Notes: a model not told the origin generated them from the letters alone. A DNA stretch of 64,000 bases from Phoronis australis (GCA_002633005.1 NMRA01000495.1:185692-249691), one strand, 5' to 3'. Shown: positions 49,308-63,110, counted from the first letter of the stretch. Numbers and translations are program-made.

Positions 49308-52300
49308 TTCTCAAAATTTATGCACGACTCACATTCCAATCCCAGAAGGAGGCTAGTACTGACCAGTCTACAGGAAGCTGTCTGTTTACAATGAATCTCT
49401 ACATAAACAATTGCACACTGCTGTGTCTCTTGCTGCACAAATAGCTAAAGAATAAACAAAGTAATGTCATTTCATCAATATCATACTGACCAAGAGTTAA
49501 TAAGAAAGTGGCTAGTGAAGATTTGCGGATACAATGGGCCAACTTTGCAAGTAAATTATGACACAATCTGATATCTTCTCTAGTCGACTTTACTCTTTAG
49601 TGTATCACCAGTGGCCGTGATGCTTGAATGGCTAGTAACTTTCAAGCACATCATTTCCTAGTAGCACTTAGAACTTCTCTAAAGTAAAACTTTATTATAA
49701 ATAAATTATTTCTGGAATTTAAAGAAAATGACAAACTTTGAATGTTCTACAAACTCAGTCTCAAAACCGAGACTTAATTCACAGAGACTGCTTGAGTTGT
49801 CAGGCTGGACTAAAGACAGTCATATAGATTTGTATATATTACAGAAAACTGCAGGTGACACACATACCCTCTCAAGTTCATGAAAAATCATTCCACAGTA
49901 ACACAAGCAGTCATGCAATGATACAAACACTGCTGCAATCGCTGACTTTCATATCTTTACACACTAAAAACTGTTTTGAATCTGAAAAATTCATGTTAAC
50001 CACGTAGATATTCTCTTAGGACACGAATGCATATGCACGAATAGTATGTAACCACTTGTTTTTTGGAGGTTATACCGGGGATATATTAGCTGAGTTAGCA
50101 GACCTGGGTGTATTAATTATATTCCACCTGATGAACTTTTTGTTTTTCTGTAGCTTTACATCAAGAGATGCTGGGGGAAAATTTGTCAGAACGTTTCAAT
50201 TGCTCAGTAGCAACAGAAAGTAGGAAAATATTGTCCTGGGCAAATCTATAGCCAAACTCACTGGAGAATGGTGACAAACTCAAAATGTTCTTCACAGCCT
50301 TTAAAACCTTTGTTGGATATAGCTTCTCGTGGCTCAGTGACATGTGGATCGTCACTGTGGACAGGCTCAGAATATCAGATGTAGCAATACTAAACTGACT
50401 TACTAGAACAAGGGGGCAGTGTGATGGCTGATGAAAGAGTTTTAATTAATAAGATACTCAGTGATAAGGATACAAAACTGAAAATCACTCCATTTCAGAG
50501 GAAACAAGAAAAAGGTAACAAATAGCCAGTTTGAGAATACATGAAGATAGTTATTAGGCATATCAAGGACAATTAATCACTTGTGTATACACTTCAAATT
50601 CCTTGAACAATACTGGCTCAGTAAATCAATTGTGGACAGATGCAATGTTTTAAGCAAACTTCGGAGGCCCTATTGTGAATGAATGATACCATACGTATGG
50701 TTTTGCAACAAATGACAAGACTTATCCAGTGTAATATTACTCTGTCAATTTATTTTTATCAGCATAGAATGTACATTTGGCTCATAACAGTGACTACACC
50801 TCTTGATGGCCATGTTAGTTTGCAACTAGAATAACTTTGGTCAGGGCCAGTGACAACATCACTGTCAAATATGTCCAAGTCTGTTTCCAGAGTAATCAAG
50901 CAAGAGATCATAGAAATTGAAGAAAAAAATGACCCACCAAGTGTTAAATAATATTAATGTCTTAGTTTACGGTTTTTAAACTATCCAGATATAAAGAACA
51001 ACAAGAGACCACTGTGGATTGGTTGAAAACACGAGTAAGTGAAACACCATGTTCAATCCATGTCCCAAACAATTGAATCGATGACTGACGAAATAATCTA
51101 ATGACTTTACAAATAAAACTGATACCACTAAATGTTTTAACCATAATTAAGGCAGTAGTCTTACCACTCATTGTTATCTTTGAATTCTTCTTGGGAAACA
51201 AAAAAACCAATGAAATAGACTATGTAGAGTTACTATAGACCTTTCTTAATATTACCTAATGAATATTAAGAGGAAATCCAAAGCGAGGCTTATACTGATA
51301 AACTAGTTCATGCAGCCTTCTCTGTGCTGGCTGATCGATGGTGACCTTACACTTGTTCCAAACATACATGTTACATTTAGCTTTGTGGAATCTTATTGTA
51401 AAAAGTCTTCATAGTCATCTGGCAAGAATTAACTGTCCAAAGGGCACAAGTACTCCATTGAAAGTTACATAACTTCAGTAAGAAGTGAACACTTTTGTAG
51501 GCTACATAAACATTCTTCACTTGTTGTTGAGCTGTCAGCTGGTCAGGCATAGTAACTCTACATAGTCTATTTCATTGAATTTTTTGTTTCCCAAGAAGAA
51601 TTCAAAGATAACAATGAGTGGTAAGACTACTGGCTTAATTATGGTAAAAACATTTAGTGGTGTCAGTTTTATTTGTAAAGTCATTAGATTATTTGGTCAG
51701 TCATCGATTCAATTGTTTGGGACATGGATTGAACATGGTGTTTCACTTACTCGTGTTTTCAACCAATCCACAGTGGTCTCTTGTTGTTCTTTATATCTGG
51801 ATAGTTTAAAAACCGTAAACTAAGACATTAATATTATTTAACACTTGGTGGGTCATTTTTTTCTTCAATTTCTATGATCTCTTGCTTGATTACTCTGGAA
51901 ACAGACTTGGACATATTTGACAGTGATGTTGTTACTGGCCCTGACCAAAGTTATTCTAGTTGCAAACTAAGATGGCCATCAAGAGGTGTAGTCACTGTTA
52001 TGAGCCAAATGTACATTCTAATATGCTGATAAAAATAAATTGACAGAGTAATATTACACTGGATAAGTCTTGTCATTTGTTGCAAAACCATACGTATGGT
52101 ATCATTCATTCACTATAGGGCCTCCGGAAGTTTGCTTAAAACATTGCATCTGTCCACAATTGATTTACTGAGCCAGTATTGTTCAAGGAAATTGAAGTGT
52201 ATACACAAGTGATTAATTGTCCTTGATATGCCTAATGACTATCTTCATGTATTCTCAAACTGGCTATTTGTTACCTTTTTCTTGTTTCCTCTGAAATGGA

Positions 52301-53479
52301 GTGATTTTCAGTTTTGAACCCTTATCACTGAGTATCTTATTAATTAAAACTCTTTCATCAGCCATCACACTGCCCCCTTGTTCTAGTAAGTCAGTTTAGT
52401 ATAGCTACATCTGATATTCTGAATCTGTCCACAGTGACGATCCACATGTCACTGAGCCACGAGAAGCTATATCCAACAAAGGTTTTAAAGGCTGTGAAGA
52501 ACATTTTGAGTTTGTCACCATTCTCCAGTGAGTTTGGCTATAGATTTGCCCAGGACAATATTTTCCTACTTTCTGTTGCTACTGAGCAATTGAAACGTTC
52601 TGACAAATTTTTCTCCAGCAATCCTAAAGCTACAGAAAAGCGAAAAAATCATCAAGGGTACTATAATTAATACACCCAGGTCTGCCAACTCTGCTAATAT
52701 ACCACGGTATAACTTCCAATACAGCAAGTGGTTACATACTACTCATAAATATACAATCGTGTACTAAAAGAATATCTACGTGGTGCATGAAATTGAACTT
52801 TTCAGGTTCAAAACGGTTTTTAGTGTGTAAAAATTATGAAAGTCAGGGGTTACACCAGTGTTTGCATCATTGTATGACTGCTTGTTTTACTGTGAAATGA
52901 TTCATTCATGAACTTGGAGGGTATGTGTGTCACCTGCAGTTTTCTGTAATATATACAAATCTATGTGACTGTCTTCAGTACAGCCTGACAACTCAAGCAG
53001 TGTGTGAATTAAGTCTCGGTTTTGAGACTGAGTTTGTAGAACATTCAAAGTTTGTCATTTCCTTTAAATTCCAGAAATAATTTATTTATAATAAAGTTTT
53101 ACTTTGGAGAAGTTCTAAGTGCTACTAGGAAATGATGTGCTTGAAAGTTACTAGGCATTCAAGCATCACGGCCACTGGTGATACACTAAAGAGTAAAGTC
53201 GACTAGAGAAGATATCAGATTGTGTCATAATTTACTTGCAAAGTTGGCCCATTGTATCTGCAAATCTTCACTAGCCACTTTCTTATTAACTCTTAGTCAG
53301 TATGATATTGATGAAATGACATTACTTTGTTTATTCTTAAGTTATTTGTGCAGCAAGAGACACAGCAGTGTGCAATTGTTTATGTAAAGATTCACTGTAA
53401 ACAGACAGCTTCCTGTAGACTGGTCAGTACTAGCATCCTTCTGGGATTGGAATGTGAGTCGTGCATAAATTTTGAGAAA
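49308..53479. repeat. Long inverted repeat (foldback-like): arms 49308-51236 and 51549-53479, 312-bp spacer
   Basis: The arms are reverse complements. The ORF track shows mirror ORFs 50161..50355(-) / 52434..52670(+) and 50962..51210(-) / 51575..51823(+). Confidence 0.92.
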
Positions 53480-53963
53480 ATCCTATATCAAAGGGAACCG
53501 TAGTGCCTGCCCGTGCTTAAAGAGAAAATCTTTATAATTTATAATAAGCAATAATGAAAATGAGCACAGGACTGGTCTGACGCCGCACGAAGTTCAGTAC
53601 GTTACAACAGCGAGAAATATTGCCTTTCGCGATTATAGTTGCCGACGGCTGCAGCAAAGCCAGTTCAATGCATATTTGACCATGAGTAAAAATAACAATA
53701 GGCCCTACAGTTCAGTGACTTACTGTGCAAAATAGGTTTTAATGCACTAACTCATCTCCGTAAAGGATGAAAAATATTACATTATTAATTGAACCACACC
53801 TGAATACCTCACTGGAAATTTCATGGAGATAAATATAGAGTTGACGTCACTTAGTTTTCGTTGAGCCCAGTGGTCCGCTTTCTTGCTGATGAACCATGTT
53901 AGAGATGCGTGTGTACTGTGTAGAATCTAGGAGGGATTTATGAGTAAAAACTCATAGCTTTAA

Positions 53964-55266
53964 AGGCGAAGGCAAACCTTTTTTCATGTCATTTTTAGCA
54001 AAAATAGGGTTCGTTGATTATCCCAGACATATTTTTCACTTACAGTTTTTCGTAATTTAATTAATTACTCGTCGTCTACTCCGGAAGTGACGTTTTGGGA
54101 GGCAAGAATTTCGCGCCAATTTCTTTTCATACAGTCTGACTGTGAGAGCAGTCGAGTCAGTCATTGTTCTACCTTGGTTGTGATAAGTTCGGTCGTCATT
54201 TGCTTTCAGTTTGTTTACGAGTCAGTCAGCATGCCACGCTGTTGCTGCCTACCGAGATGTACTCATTATCGTCTCACGTACAGAGGAAGAACTGTCCCGC
54301 TTGCCCGAGTGTCCCGCGACACACTCCCGATGGTGACTTGAGCACCCACAAACTGCTTACATCCCGCCGTGCGACTCCCTCGTCACACACACGTGGCACC
54401 TTCTAAATAGCTCCAATACAAGTCCACAATAAACTTAGGTTCACCGATCTGTGATGACGAACTGTCCTTTTCACTGGGTATCAAACTGGGACTGTATTCA
54501 CTCCCACTACTCAACATTGCTGAAGGGCTGCTTACAGGCTCTGGGCTAGAGACAACAGCAGTACACGGGTAATCACTGCTAGTTCCTGGACTTGCACGCT
54601 ATGGAGTACGTTCGGAGGCATGGGTGACAGTAGATGAAGTGCCTCCAGTCACTGTTTATAGTGGCTACAGCTCGTGAGGCTTCTCGCTTCACTGAAAAAC
54701 TAACTTCTCGGGGGTGGCGACGGTGCACTGCCGGGAATCAATAGCGACGGTATGGAACCCTTCTTCAGGCGTTGTTTCGCAGGGACCTTCATCAATTCAG
54801 CGTACGTACATATCTCTGTCGTAATCTGACGGCTGAAAATGCTTGCCAATGCTTTGTACGTTACGTGAACGGGTAGCGCAGCGTTCTTCACACGAATTAG
54901 CTAGCCAAGTACGGCGAAGTGTGTCATCCTTCGGAAACCGATGCAAGGTACCCAAAGCGCGTGTGAGACGATAATGAGTACATCCTGGTACGCAGCAACA
55001 GCGTGGCATGTTTACTGACTCGTAAACCAAAGCAAACGACGACCGAACTTATCACATCCGAGGTAGAACAATGACTGACTTGACAGCTCTCACTGTATGA
55101 AAAGAAATTGGCGCGAAATTCTTGCCTCCCAAAACGTCACTTCCGGAGTAGAGGACGAGAAATTAATTAAATTACGAAAAGCCGTAATTAAGAGAAAAAT
55201 ATGTCTGGGATAATCAACAGACCTTATTTTTGCTAAAAGTGACATGAAAAAAGGTTGCCTTCGCCT
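53964..55266 (-). mobile_element. Kolobok-like element with ~310-bp inverted arms and a frameshifted THAP transposase N-terminus
   Basis: TTAA|AGGCGAAGGCAA ... TTGCCTTCGCCT|TTAG. Minus strand reads MPRCCCVPGCTHYRL..LHRFPKDDTLRRTWL...KHF...LKKGSIPSL; the left arm repeats MPRCCCLPRCTHYRLT on the plus strand. Confidence 0.8.
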
Positions 55267-55959
55267 TTAGTGCAAACTAGGATTTTTAGAAAAGCATCCA
55301 AGAAAATAATTGCATGCTTGAGAACAGAATTTTAAAAAGTGTCTTAGCACTAGTCTTTAGTTATAGCAGAAAACCTCAAAAATAAAGTTTGATTTCGAGT
55401 ATATAGATTAGACCCAGAATCAATGATATAATTTTTGTCTTTTGAGGTTTAAAAATTGAATCTGAAATAAAATGATTTTGTGGGTGAGAATCCGATCGCA
55501 GAAACAATATTGTTCAATTTCATTTGGTTCCTAGAACACCAACTTAAGTCGATGTTTCATGGTCTTTCCTTCTTAGTCCGATATGTCTTTAAGGGTTTAG
55601 TGACCAAGATATGTGTTGTTTTCTAGCAACGGAAGAAACACAAAACGTGACTACAAGATTAGTTGAACATTTTTACAGAGTGGACACCAATTCGAAGATT
55701 TATTAATATAGCCAGGTTATTAGGAATAGGGCAGCAGGATCAAAGGAAGGGATACCCCAAGAATACTACATCCCACAATGTTATATTGGGACTGTAGATC
55801 GGTTGTTTCTGTAGATTTCAAGAGATGGGGCAAATGTTATGTAGCCTGGCAAGTTATTAAAATCTGAAACTGTCTTACTTGAGGAAAACCATCATTTTTA
55901 TATTCTGTCCTGTTAATGGTCTTCTGATACTTACAGTGTTTTAATGCCTGGGTATGTAG

Positions 55960-56177
55960 CATGCGCGCACCCAGCGTTTAATATGAGGGCTCGAATTTCT
56001 GACGATGTGGAACTTTTACTAACATATAACAAAAAAGCGGAAAGACTAAAAAGGGGGTACCACGTTCAGAACTGTTTTCTCGGACTTCTCGTTTTTCTGC
56101 GGCGGACCTTTTTGCCCACTTCACCAAATGGGGGGGGGGGGTCCTTCGAGCCCCCGAGCCCCCCTGGATGGCGCATG
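55960..56177. mobile_element. 218-bp MITE with 5-bp TSD
   Basis: TGTAG|CATGCGCGCACCCAG ... CTGGATGGCGCATG|TGTAG. Confidence 0.6.
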
Positions 56178-59100
56178 TGTAGGACAGGGTAGTTAGAGTT
56201 TATGACCATTAGGTTTTAGTCATATTTATTTTGTGGCGGGGTGTTGTCAATATAAATGTACCGGTAACATAATTGTGTGCCAGTAAATTTTGGATCCAAT
56301 TGAGTTGAGGGTTTAAATTAGAGTTGGTTGAAATCTCAGTGACTTTTGCTGAAGTGGAGTACGGTACAGTAAGTTTGTACCAGATAGACATTTCCCTTTT
56401 ACTGTCACGGTGTGATTTTACTGCGTCATGGTGATATTTTGAAATAAATATGTTTTGAAATAAATCACTTTATTGTTTGAAATGGTTACAGTATCTCAAA
56501 GTGTTGTTTCTGTGTGGCGTGAACACTTTTGTTGTCCTTCTCGTTCTGGATGGCAATCAGATGGAAGTGTGCTTGTTATTGACAGAAAAAAATCTGCGAT
56601 TTCACACATCATGGTCGGATAAAAGGGGTACATTGATTAGTGAAAAAATTAATATTGGTAAAAATTAATTAACGCCTTTTTAAAACTCTAGTTCCGCGGA
56701 GTTTGTCTTACAACAGAGTGTATGACACAACTGTTTGAACTGTGAGACCATGTCGTTTCAAACTGTAGACGTTAAGATGAATTGGGTACTAGAACAAGTA
56801 ATACTAGATAGATAAAGAAAAGTAGCGTATCCCTGAAGTAATTTTCCTTGAGACACCTCAGGGCCCTTACATGCGTTTTATTTTTTGAAAGAAACGTCCG
56901 CAGTGGCTGATTTAGAGGGGAGGGGGACCAAGGGGTCCATGCACCCCCCAAAAATCTCCCAGATNGGCCGCCCAAGCAGTGGTGTTCACAGGCACACGCG
57001 GCTAACCGATGTATATGTGTGTGTGTCTTACCAACCAGTACAGGGTGTTTTTGGTGGCGTGCAGTCTTCTTTTTTCATTTAAATACTTAATGTTAACATA
57101 TCAGTTTCTATAATTTTATCGTTTTGCAAAATTTTCTTCCAGCTTTTATTCAAACTGGCCTATGCCCTAAATTCCGAATATGCACATGTACACAAACATG
57201 TACTATTCCATTGGTCAATCATTGTTGCATACAATAACACGACTTTATATGCACGCATACAGCTGTTTGTATGCTCATCGATTTTCATGGGTTTCTATTA
57301 ATTTTTTTCTACTTAGTGTTCAAGAGTTTCACACGAACGCATGCCTCAAATCTTTTTGTTAGAATAAATCAAGTGGCGTCGGGTCTAGGAATTTTTATAC
57401 TCATACTAAAAACTTTGGGAATGCAGTGATGTAATGGCGCGTCAGAGAGCGGCAGCTGATCGGCATATAAACAACTGAAAAATAGGTACTATACAATTAT
57501 AACGACGAAAAAGGTTAATCACTGTATAACACCATTTTCTAAACTATATACATTTCAGTGATTGCCTTTTCAACTGAGCCGGCAAACCAGTCCCAGGGCC
57601 TAGCAGCACTCCGTGAGAATTTCAGCCAAAGTGATTAGAAATTCGCAATGGCTTATATGACCGTTTGGTAATGCGTGGGTCATAGGTTTACATTGCATTG
57701 TGTTACCAATATTTTAAAACCTCGATAGTGTTTAAAATTTCAAATTTTATTCTGAAAATTCCCCGGCTTCCATAAGGCCACCGTGCTTACATATCGTTCC
57801 ATCATCAATATGGCGGACCGTGTGTCACGCGCTGTCTGGCTTGCGAGTATAGCTCGCTGGTTCCCTGCGTGCTTAGCCCAGCCAGCACGCAGGTATCACG
57901 CAGTGGCACGCACTTTAGCATTCGTTGATGTAACCTCGGCAGTCATTGGTTAGCTTGACAACACCGTGAAAAAATGGCCCAAAGGGTACCTGAATTTTCT
58001 GCTAAATTTTAACTTCAGGTGGCACTGAACAGTTATTCAGCATCCGCGGTCAATTTGCAGGCCAAAATATTAAAATCTAGGGGTAACCCAGGCTTGGGGC
58101 ATACGTACTGCATGTAGGCTAAGTGAGTGTGGTTTGTTTGTATTTGTGAACAGGATGAGAATGAAATAGATCTACTGCTCGGCTGCAGCTGCACTCTTCT
58201 GCAAGAAAGCGGGCCTCCTTTTGCAATAATATTTTGCATTGCTGCCGCGGTAGCGACTGAGAAATTGGCTGCGATTTCAGGTAGCCCTCAAACAAACCAG
58301 ATTTGCAAAAAAAAATATAGTTGGTTGACAGTACTTTTGGACCACATCTAAATTTGGAATTGGTAGGCCTAGCAAATTTGCTTTCAGAATCTATTGTTGG
58401 CTTTAGTCGAGCATCGGCAGGAAAGTGGTGAATCTGGGATGAAAAGTGCCAATTTTGAGTGTTTGTCCCTTTTTTATTGTACCTTGCTTTGAGTAGGAGT
58501 AAAAATGTAAAATATGCGAGAGAATAAAGTTTCTGTGCTCATATGCATGGCTTGTGATATGAAATGACTCGAAACTTTTCTTTCTTTGCCTACAGTTTTT
58601 AACAGAGTGAAAAAAGGATGACGAGTCCATTGACGTGTGTTTTGATAACCAAACCCTATGAGAAATATTCTGTGCCACACTCCCCGCTTGCAAACAGTCA
58701 GGTTTACAAGAAAAGCCACGGCTGAGCAAAAATTGGGTCAAGGGGTCTACAGCTGACAATCTTTCACTCAGAACAGATTAAAAACCAAGCAAATGCTATT
58801 CGTAGCCTTCACATGTAGCACAGAACTTGAAATGCCAACCAATCCAGCAGGCGCAAATGGACAGTTCCGTAAACTATAGGAATTACAATTCCGTGTCTAT
58901 TACCCGGTTCACATGCTAGGTAAAACTCTAGCGTTTTTGCTAGCACTTTTGCAACAGGGCACCAAAAACGCCATGTGAACAATAGTAAGGGATACTTTTG
59001 TGGGCGCTTTGCTGGAGGTTTGAGTATCCGAGCACAACCCCATGGGTCTACACCGGCCGTTTTTTTCCTTTTAGTCACAACAAATGACGTTCCAGTGAAT

Positions 59101-59767
59101 TCATTACAGAATTTATGTTTATGAGCCTCACACTCGTGGGACATTGTACGCTGTATTCTATCCTTCAATTAATTTGAAAATTAAAATTGATCGAAATGTG
59201 AATAAAGTAAATTGACCGGTAAAAAAGATTTTTAGGTGAATGAATAGAACTTTGTTTTACTTGCACCCCATAATTACCATCTTTTCAGCTAGATGATAAT
59301 TGTCTGACACTTACTTTATATTTAGTGTTCAATTTAAAAAAGTAGGTTACGGTCGTCTCCGTAAAATGAAACGAATTAACAAAATCATAAGTTTTGCGAC
59401 CAACGGACATCCAGGCGTGCGTTCAGTAACGCCAGGACCTACTAGCGCTTTTTTGGTCGCGAAACGAAATGTGTCGATTTCGCCCTCAATAATCGGCACA
59501 TTTTAAAACGCGCGTTTTCACTATACCCTATATCGTGCCACTGTTGAAGAGTCGAGAGCAATTTGCTGTTACTAACAAGTACTGGAGTGTCACACAAAAA
59601 TGCTTTTTATTTATGCTAAGCTTCATAGCCGCAGCATTGGCGTGACTTTTGAACAGCAACATGTCGACGATTATGGATTTTGTAAAACTGACCCCTCTTC
59701 CGTGGAAGGCATTCATCTCACGAGTGTTTTCAATCTTTAACATATTGTCATAACTGTTCATGATTTC

Positions 59768-61575
59768 TTATTCATCAACATCTTGCTTGGGCTGACAGAA
59801 GTCCTTCTCGAGGTCCCAACCTTGCTTTGCTGCTTCCTTTATGGCGGCCTGTTTATCGGCCTCCGAGATTGTCGGTGTGCGCGAGAGCACAACAGCACCT
59901 TCATACCTGTAAGGCAAACACATGTTAAGATGGCTTACAAGACACGAGTGAGGCACATTAAGAAAAAAGTGGGACCTCGCACGTTCACAAGTAAACCTAC
60001 ACGGTGCACCCAATATGGGTTAGCAATTCACAGACTGGGTAGGGAAGAGCTGAATTCTGGTTTCCTATTAATGCACGGCAACATCGTACTGTATTCGAAA
60101 TTCTATATCAAGTGTTGATCCCATGACTGATTAAACCAAGAAAATACATAAAGTAAATCACAATGCAAAACGGAAGTGGAAGTGCTCACGTGATGCCAAC
60201 TGCTGCTCCACAGTAGTACAAGAAGACGTAGTTGTCCCCAAAGGACATTACTCTGATCTCATCGTGTCTAATCCATCCGGATCCGATGGTGTGTAAGTTG
60301 AGTACGGATGGAGATTCGGTACCAGCATTAGAATATTCCTGAATGGGAAATTTCCGATTGTTTCCAATTAACTTTTACAAGTTTGCAATGATTCACAAGG
60401 GGGCTGTGGACAAGTGTGATTGTTGCATGACATCAAGTAGGCATATACTATTGAACGACAGCAACGAGACGAGTGATTATAAAGCGCCAAGTGTTTTTAA
60501 ACAAGCACCTTTCTGCGCGTTGAAATGTGCTTATTCAACGCGTGATTTTGCTTAACGAACACGTTGTTTTGCTTAATCAGCGCGCTGAATTAGTTTTTGA
60601 ACGACCATTTTTGTGCTCTTATTCAACGTGCACTTTCAGTGCTTAATCAACGTGTAGTTTTACTTAATCAACGCGCTCTATTGCTTATTCACAGCGTACC
60701 TTATAGCCCAATCACGCCCGTGCTCTCAAATCTCATTTGGAAGACATTCTACATGGGTAATACCTTCCTGGTGCAAGGCATCTTTTGAAGTATGTTGCAG
60801 ATTCCTATCAAGCGACCACATAAATGATGGCGCTGTTATGTACTGAGTGTAAACTTGTCATTGGACGCAACAAATAAGTAGTTCAGCGCGTTGATTAAGT
60901 AAAACTACGCGTTGGTTAAGGACATTTCAACACCACAACGTCCACAATCCACAAAAACGACAATTACACGGACAACGAGATGGCCAACTTTGAAACATTA
61001 CTTATATTCATTATAATTCACCATATTATGGTACTTTCAAAAATAAAATCGTAATCAACATAAAATAGCAATATTCAGTTAAACGAAAGCAAAACTTCAA
61101 AAGATTGTGAATTGAGTGTAGAAATAGAACGTTGGTAATTTAAGTAAATAGATGATTTCGTATTAAAACATAATTGAAGATGTGTAGTGCACAATAAGAG
61201 CTGTTTACAAAGCATTCTCAAGTCCACGTCGTACTCGTTATCTTCGGCGTCATAGTCGTCGTTGACGTCATCATTAACACCAACATGTGATCAATCACAG
61301 CACGACCGTGTCACTAACCGTTTCGTCTGCAAAGTTGTGCACGGTTCCGTTAAGCATGGTGAGATCGTACCATTCAACCGCCACCAGGGTGTTATCATCT
61401 TTTCGCACGAAAGTTTGGTGCATGTGGCCGTTGCACTCGTACAGTCTGTTTAAACCGAAGATGTTATAGAAATTTCCAGTCAAGTATTTCAAATCGAAGT
61501 TCGGTTGCAGCGAATCAATAGATGGCTTCGTGCACTTCGTCGGTCCACTATTGGGCGGTTGGTAGCACTGGCCAC
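59768..61575 (-). CDS. Lipocalin / apolipoprotein D-like protein (5' end unresolved)
   Basis: Phase-consistent exons 61575-61319 (CTKPSIDSLQPNFDLKYLTGNFY, SCR1-like), 60338-60190 (IRVMSFGDNYVFLYYC, SCR2-like) and 59906-59768 (AVVLSRTPTI, SCR3-like, to stop). Confidence 0.75.
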
Positions 61576-62330
61576 CTGGCGACAGAATTAGAGATTACGA
61601 AGAGCAATTATACAGATGCGAACCAAAAAGAAAACATGATTTAATCTGGTCATATGTCGGCGTTGAGACGATTTGGATGTTGATGACGTATGTCGTTTTG
61701 AGGGCGTTGGGGATCCGAAACTGATGACTCTGTGGAGAAGGTTGAGGACCAGGGGAGAGTGGACCCATTGTGACTGCCTGGGAAGACTGAGAATGTTGCT
61801 GACCATAGTGTGAGCACAGTGAATATGGGGAATTTTGGGAAAAAATCAGGTGACTAAAGTACAGAAACATCGGGCAAAGAAATTTAAATTAGCATCTCAC
61901 GCGGAACTCGTTTTGTCTCGTGCGCTGTTCAAGAGTTCTCACAGTCTTTAGAGAGTGCTATGTGAGAGCTGTAAGGTCTATAGAAAAATTAGTTAAAGTT
62001 TTAAAAATTCAAACGTACAGGGTGTAGCTGTGAAAAGTGCTAACTTAGCTCTGAAAGATACTATTTCATTTTCTTTCACCTATTTAGAACACAGAATGAG
62101 TTTTTTCAGTCGGAAGATATTGCTGAAATTAACACTTTACCTAAATTACAACCATGTATGTACTCCCGTTGTTTTACTATAATTTTTTAAAATTCATAAA
62201 AAAGTGGGCGTACATTCAGCGATGCCTCATTATTTATGCAGCGCTTCCAGTGGAGTGATTACCCATAATGCACACGAACCAGCTGACGGAAGAAAAACAT
62301 GTCGAGAACTAGACCGTGGGATGCCGCGCA

Positions 62331-63110
62331 GAATGGTGAATGTTGGCCAAATCCCCTTTTGTCCACTGACGTCACACGCATGCTGGCGCCCCCAGTGGAG
62401 GCCATGAGAACTCGTAAACCGAGTTAACCACTGATTTAGCCTATCAGTGCGGACCAAGTAACATCAGATGAGTCACAGATTTGGATAATTCTATGTATCG
62501 TGACTTTCGTCAATCCTCAAAATATAAGAATTAAGAATGTTTTTGTGGTATGTTACATGGTGAATTCTGAGGTTGCGGCATGATAAATAATTTTGTTCAG
62601 TTGAGTGTCTGAACTGAGTCCTGCGCCCGCGGGTACCGTGGGGCCTATATACTACTGCGAATGGCCACGATACTTAGTATGCAGAGGTTGTGTAAAACTT
62701 ACGTTTGAGCTTCTCATGATGTACGGCAGTGATAAGACGTCTGCTGCCTGTGAGTTGAATGCGGCCGAGCATTCTGTTATTTGTTTTTCATATTAAAATA
62801 TTGAAAGCTGTGTTGACCAAAACGGTATCTTTTGTTCATTCTAAGTCGAGTCGCATTTGCCAAAGGTTTGCCTAAAAATCCGGATTCCATTCAAGCACAG
62901 CACTGTCCAGCAAATGTATCGGTATAGTATATTTGTTTGATACAATTGATGTCAGTCATCACCCTGAGTCGAGTTACCAGTTGGTGTAAACAAACTGCAG
63001 ATTCTACAAGGGCAGGCTACCAGTGCAAAGTCTCCTAACCTCCATTGGGGGGCGCCAGCATGCATGTGACGTCAGTGGACAAAAGGGGATTTGGCCAACA
63101 TTCACCATTC
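62331..63110. mobile_element. MITE-like element with ~71-bp terminal inverted repeats
   Basis: 62331-62401 (GAATGGTGAATGTTGGCCAAATCCCCTTTTGTCCACTGACGTCAC...) is the reverse complement of 63039-63110; no clean TSD. Confidence 0.65.

Noticed and set aside
50161-52670. Paired ORFs in the inverted repeat as duplicated genes
   Set aside because: Short, non-ATG starts, no splice context or motifs; they simply mirror the repeat.
58033-59168. Cys/His-rich minus-strand ORFs suggesting zinc fingers
   Set aside because: No intact C2H2 spacing in a single frame and no consistent splice sites; possibly decayed transposon sequence, but unsupported.
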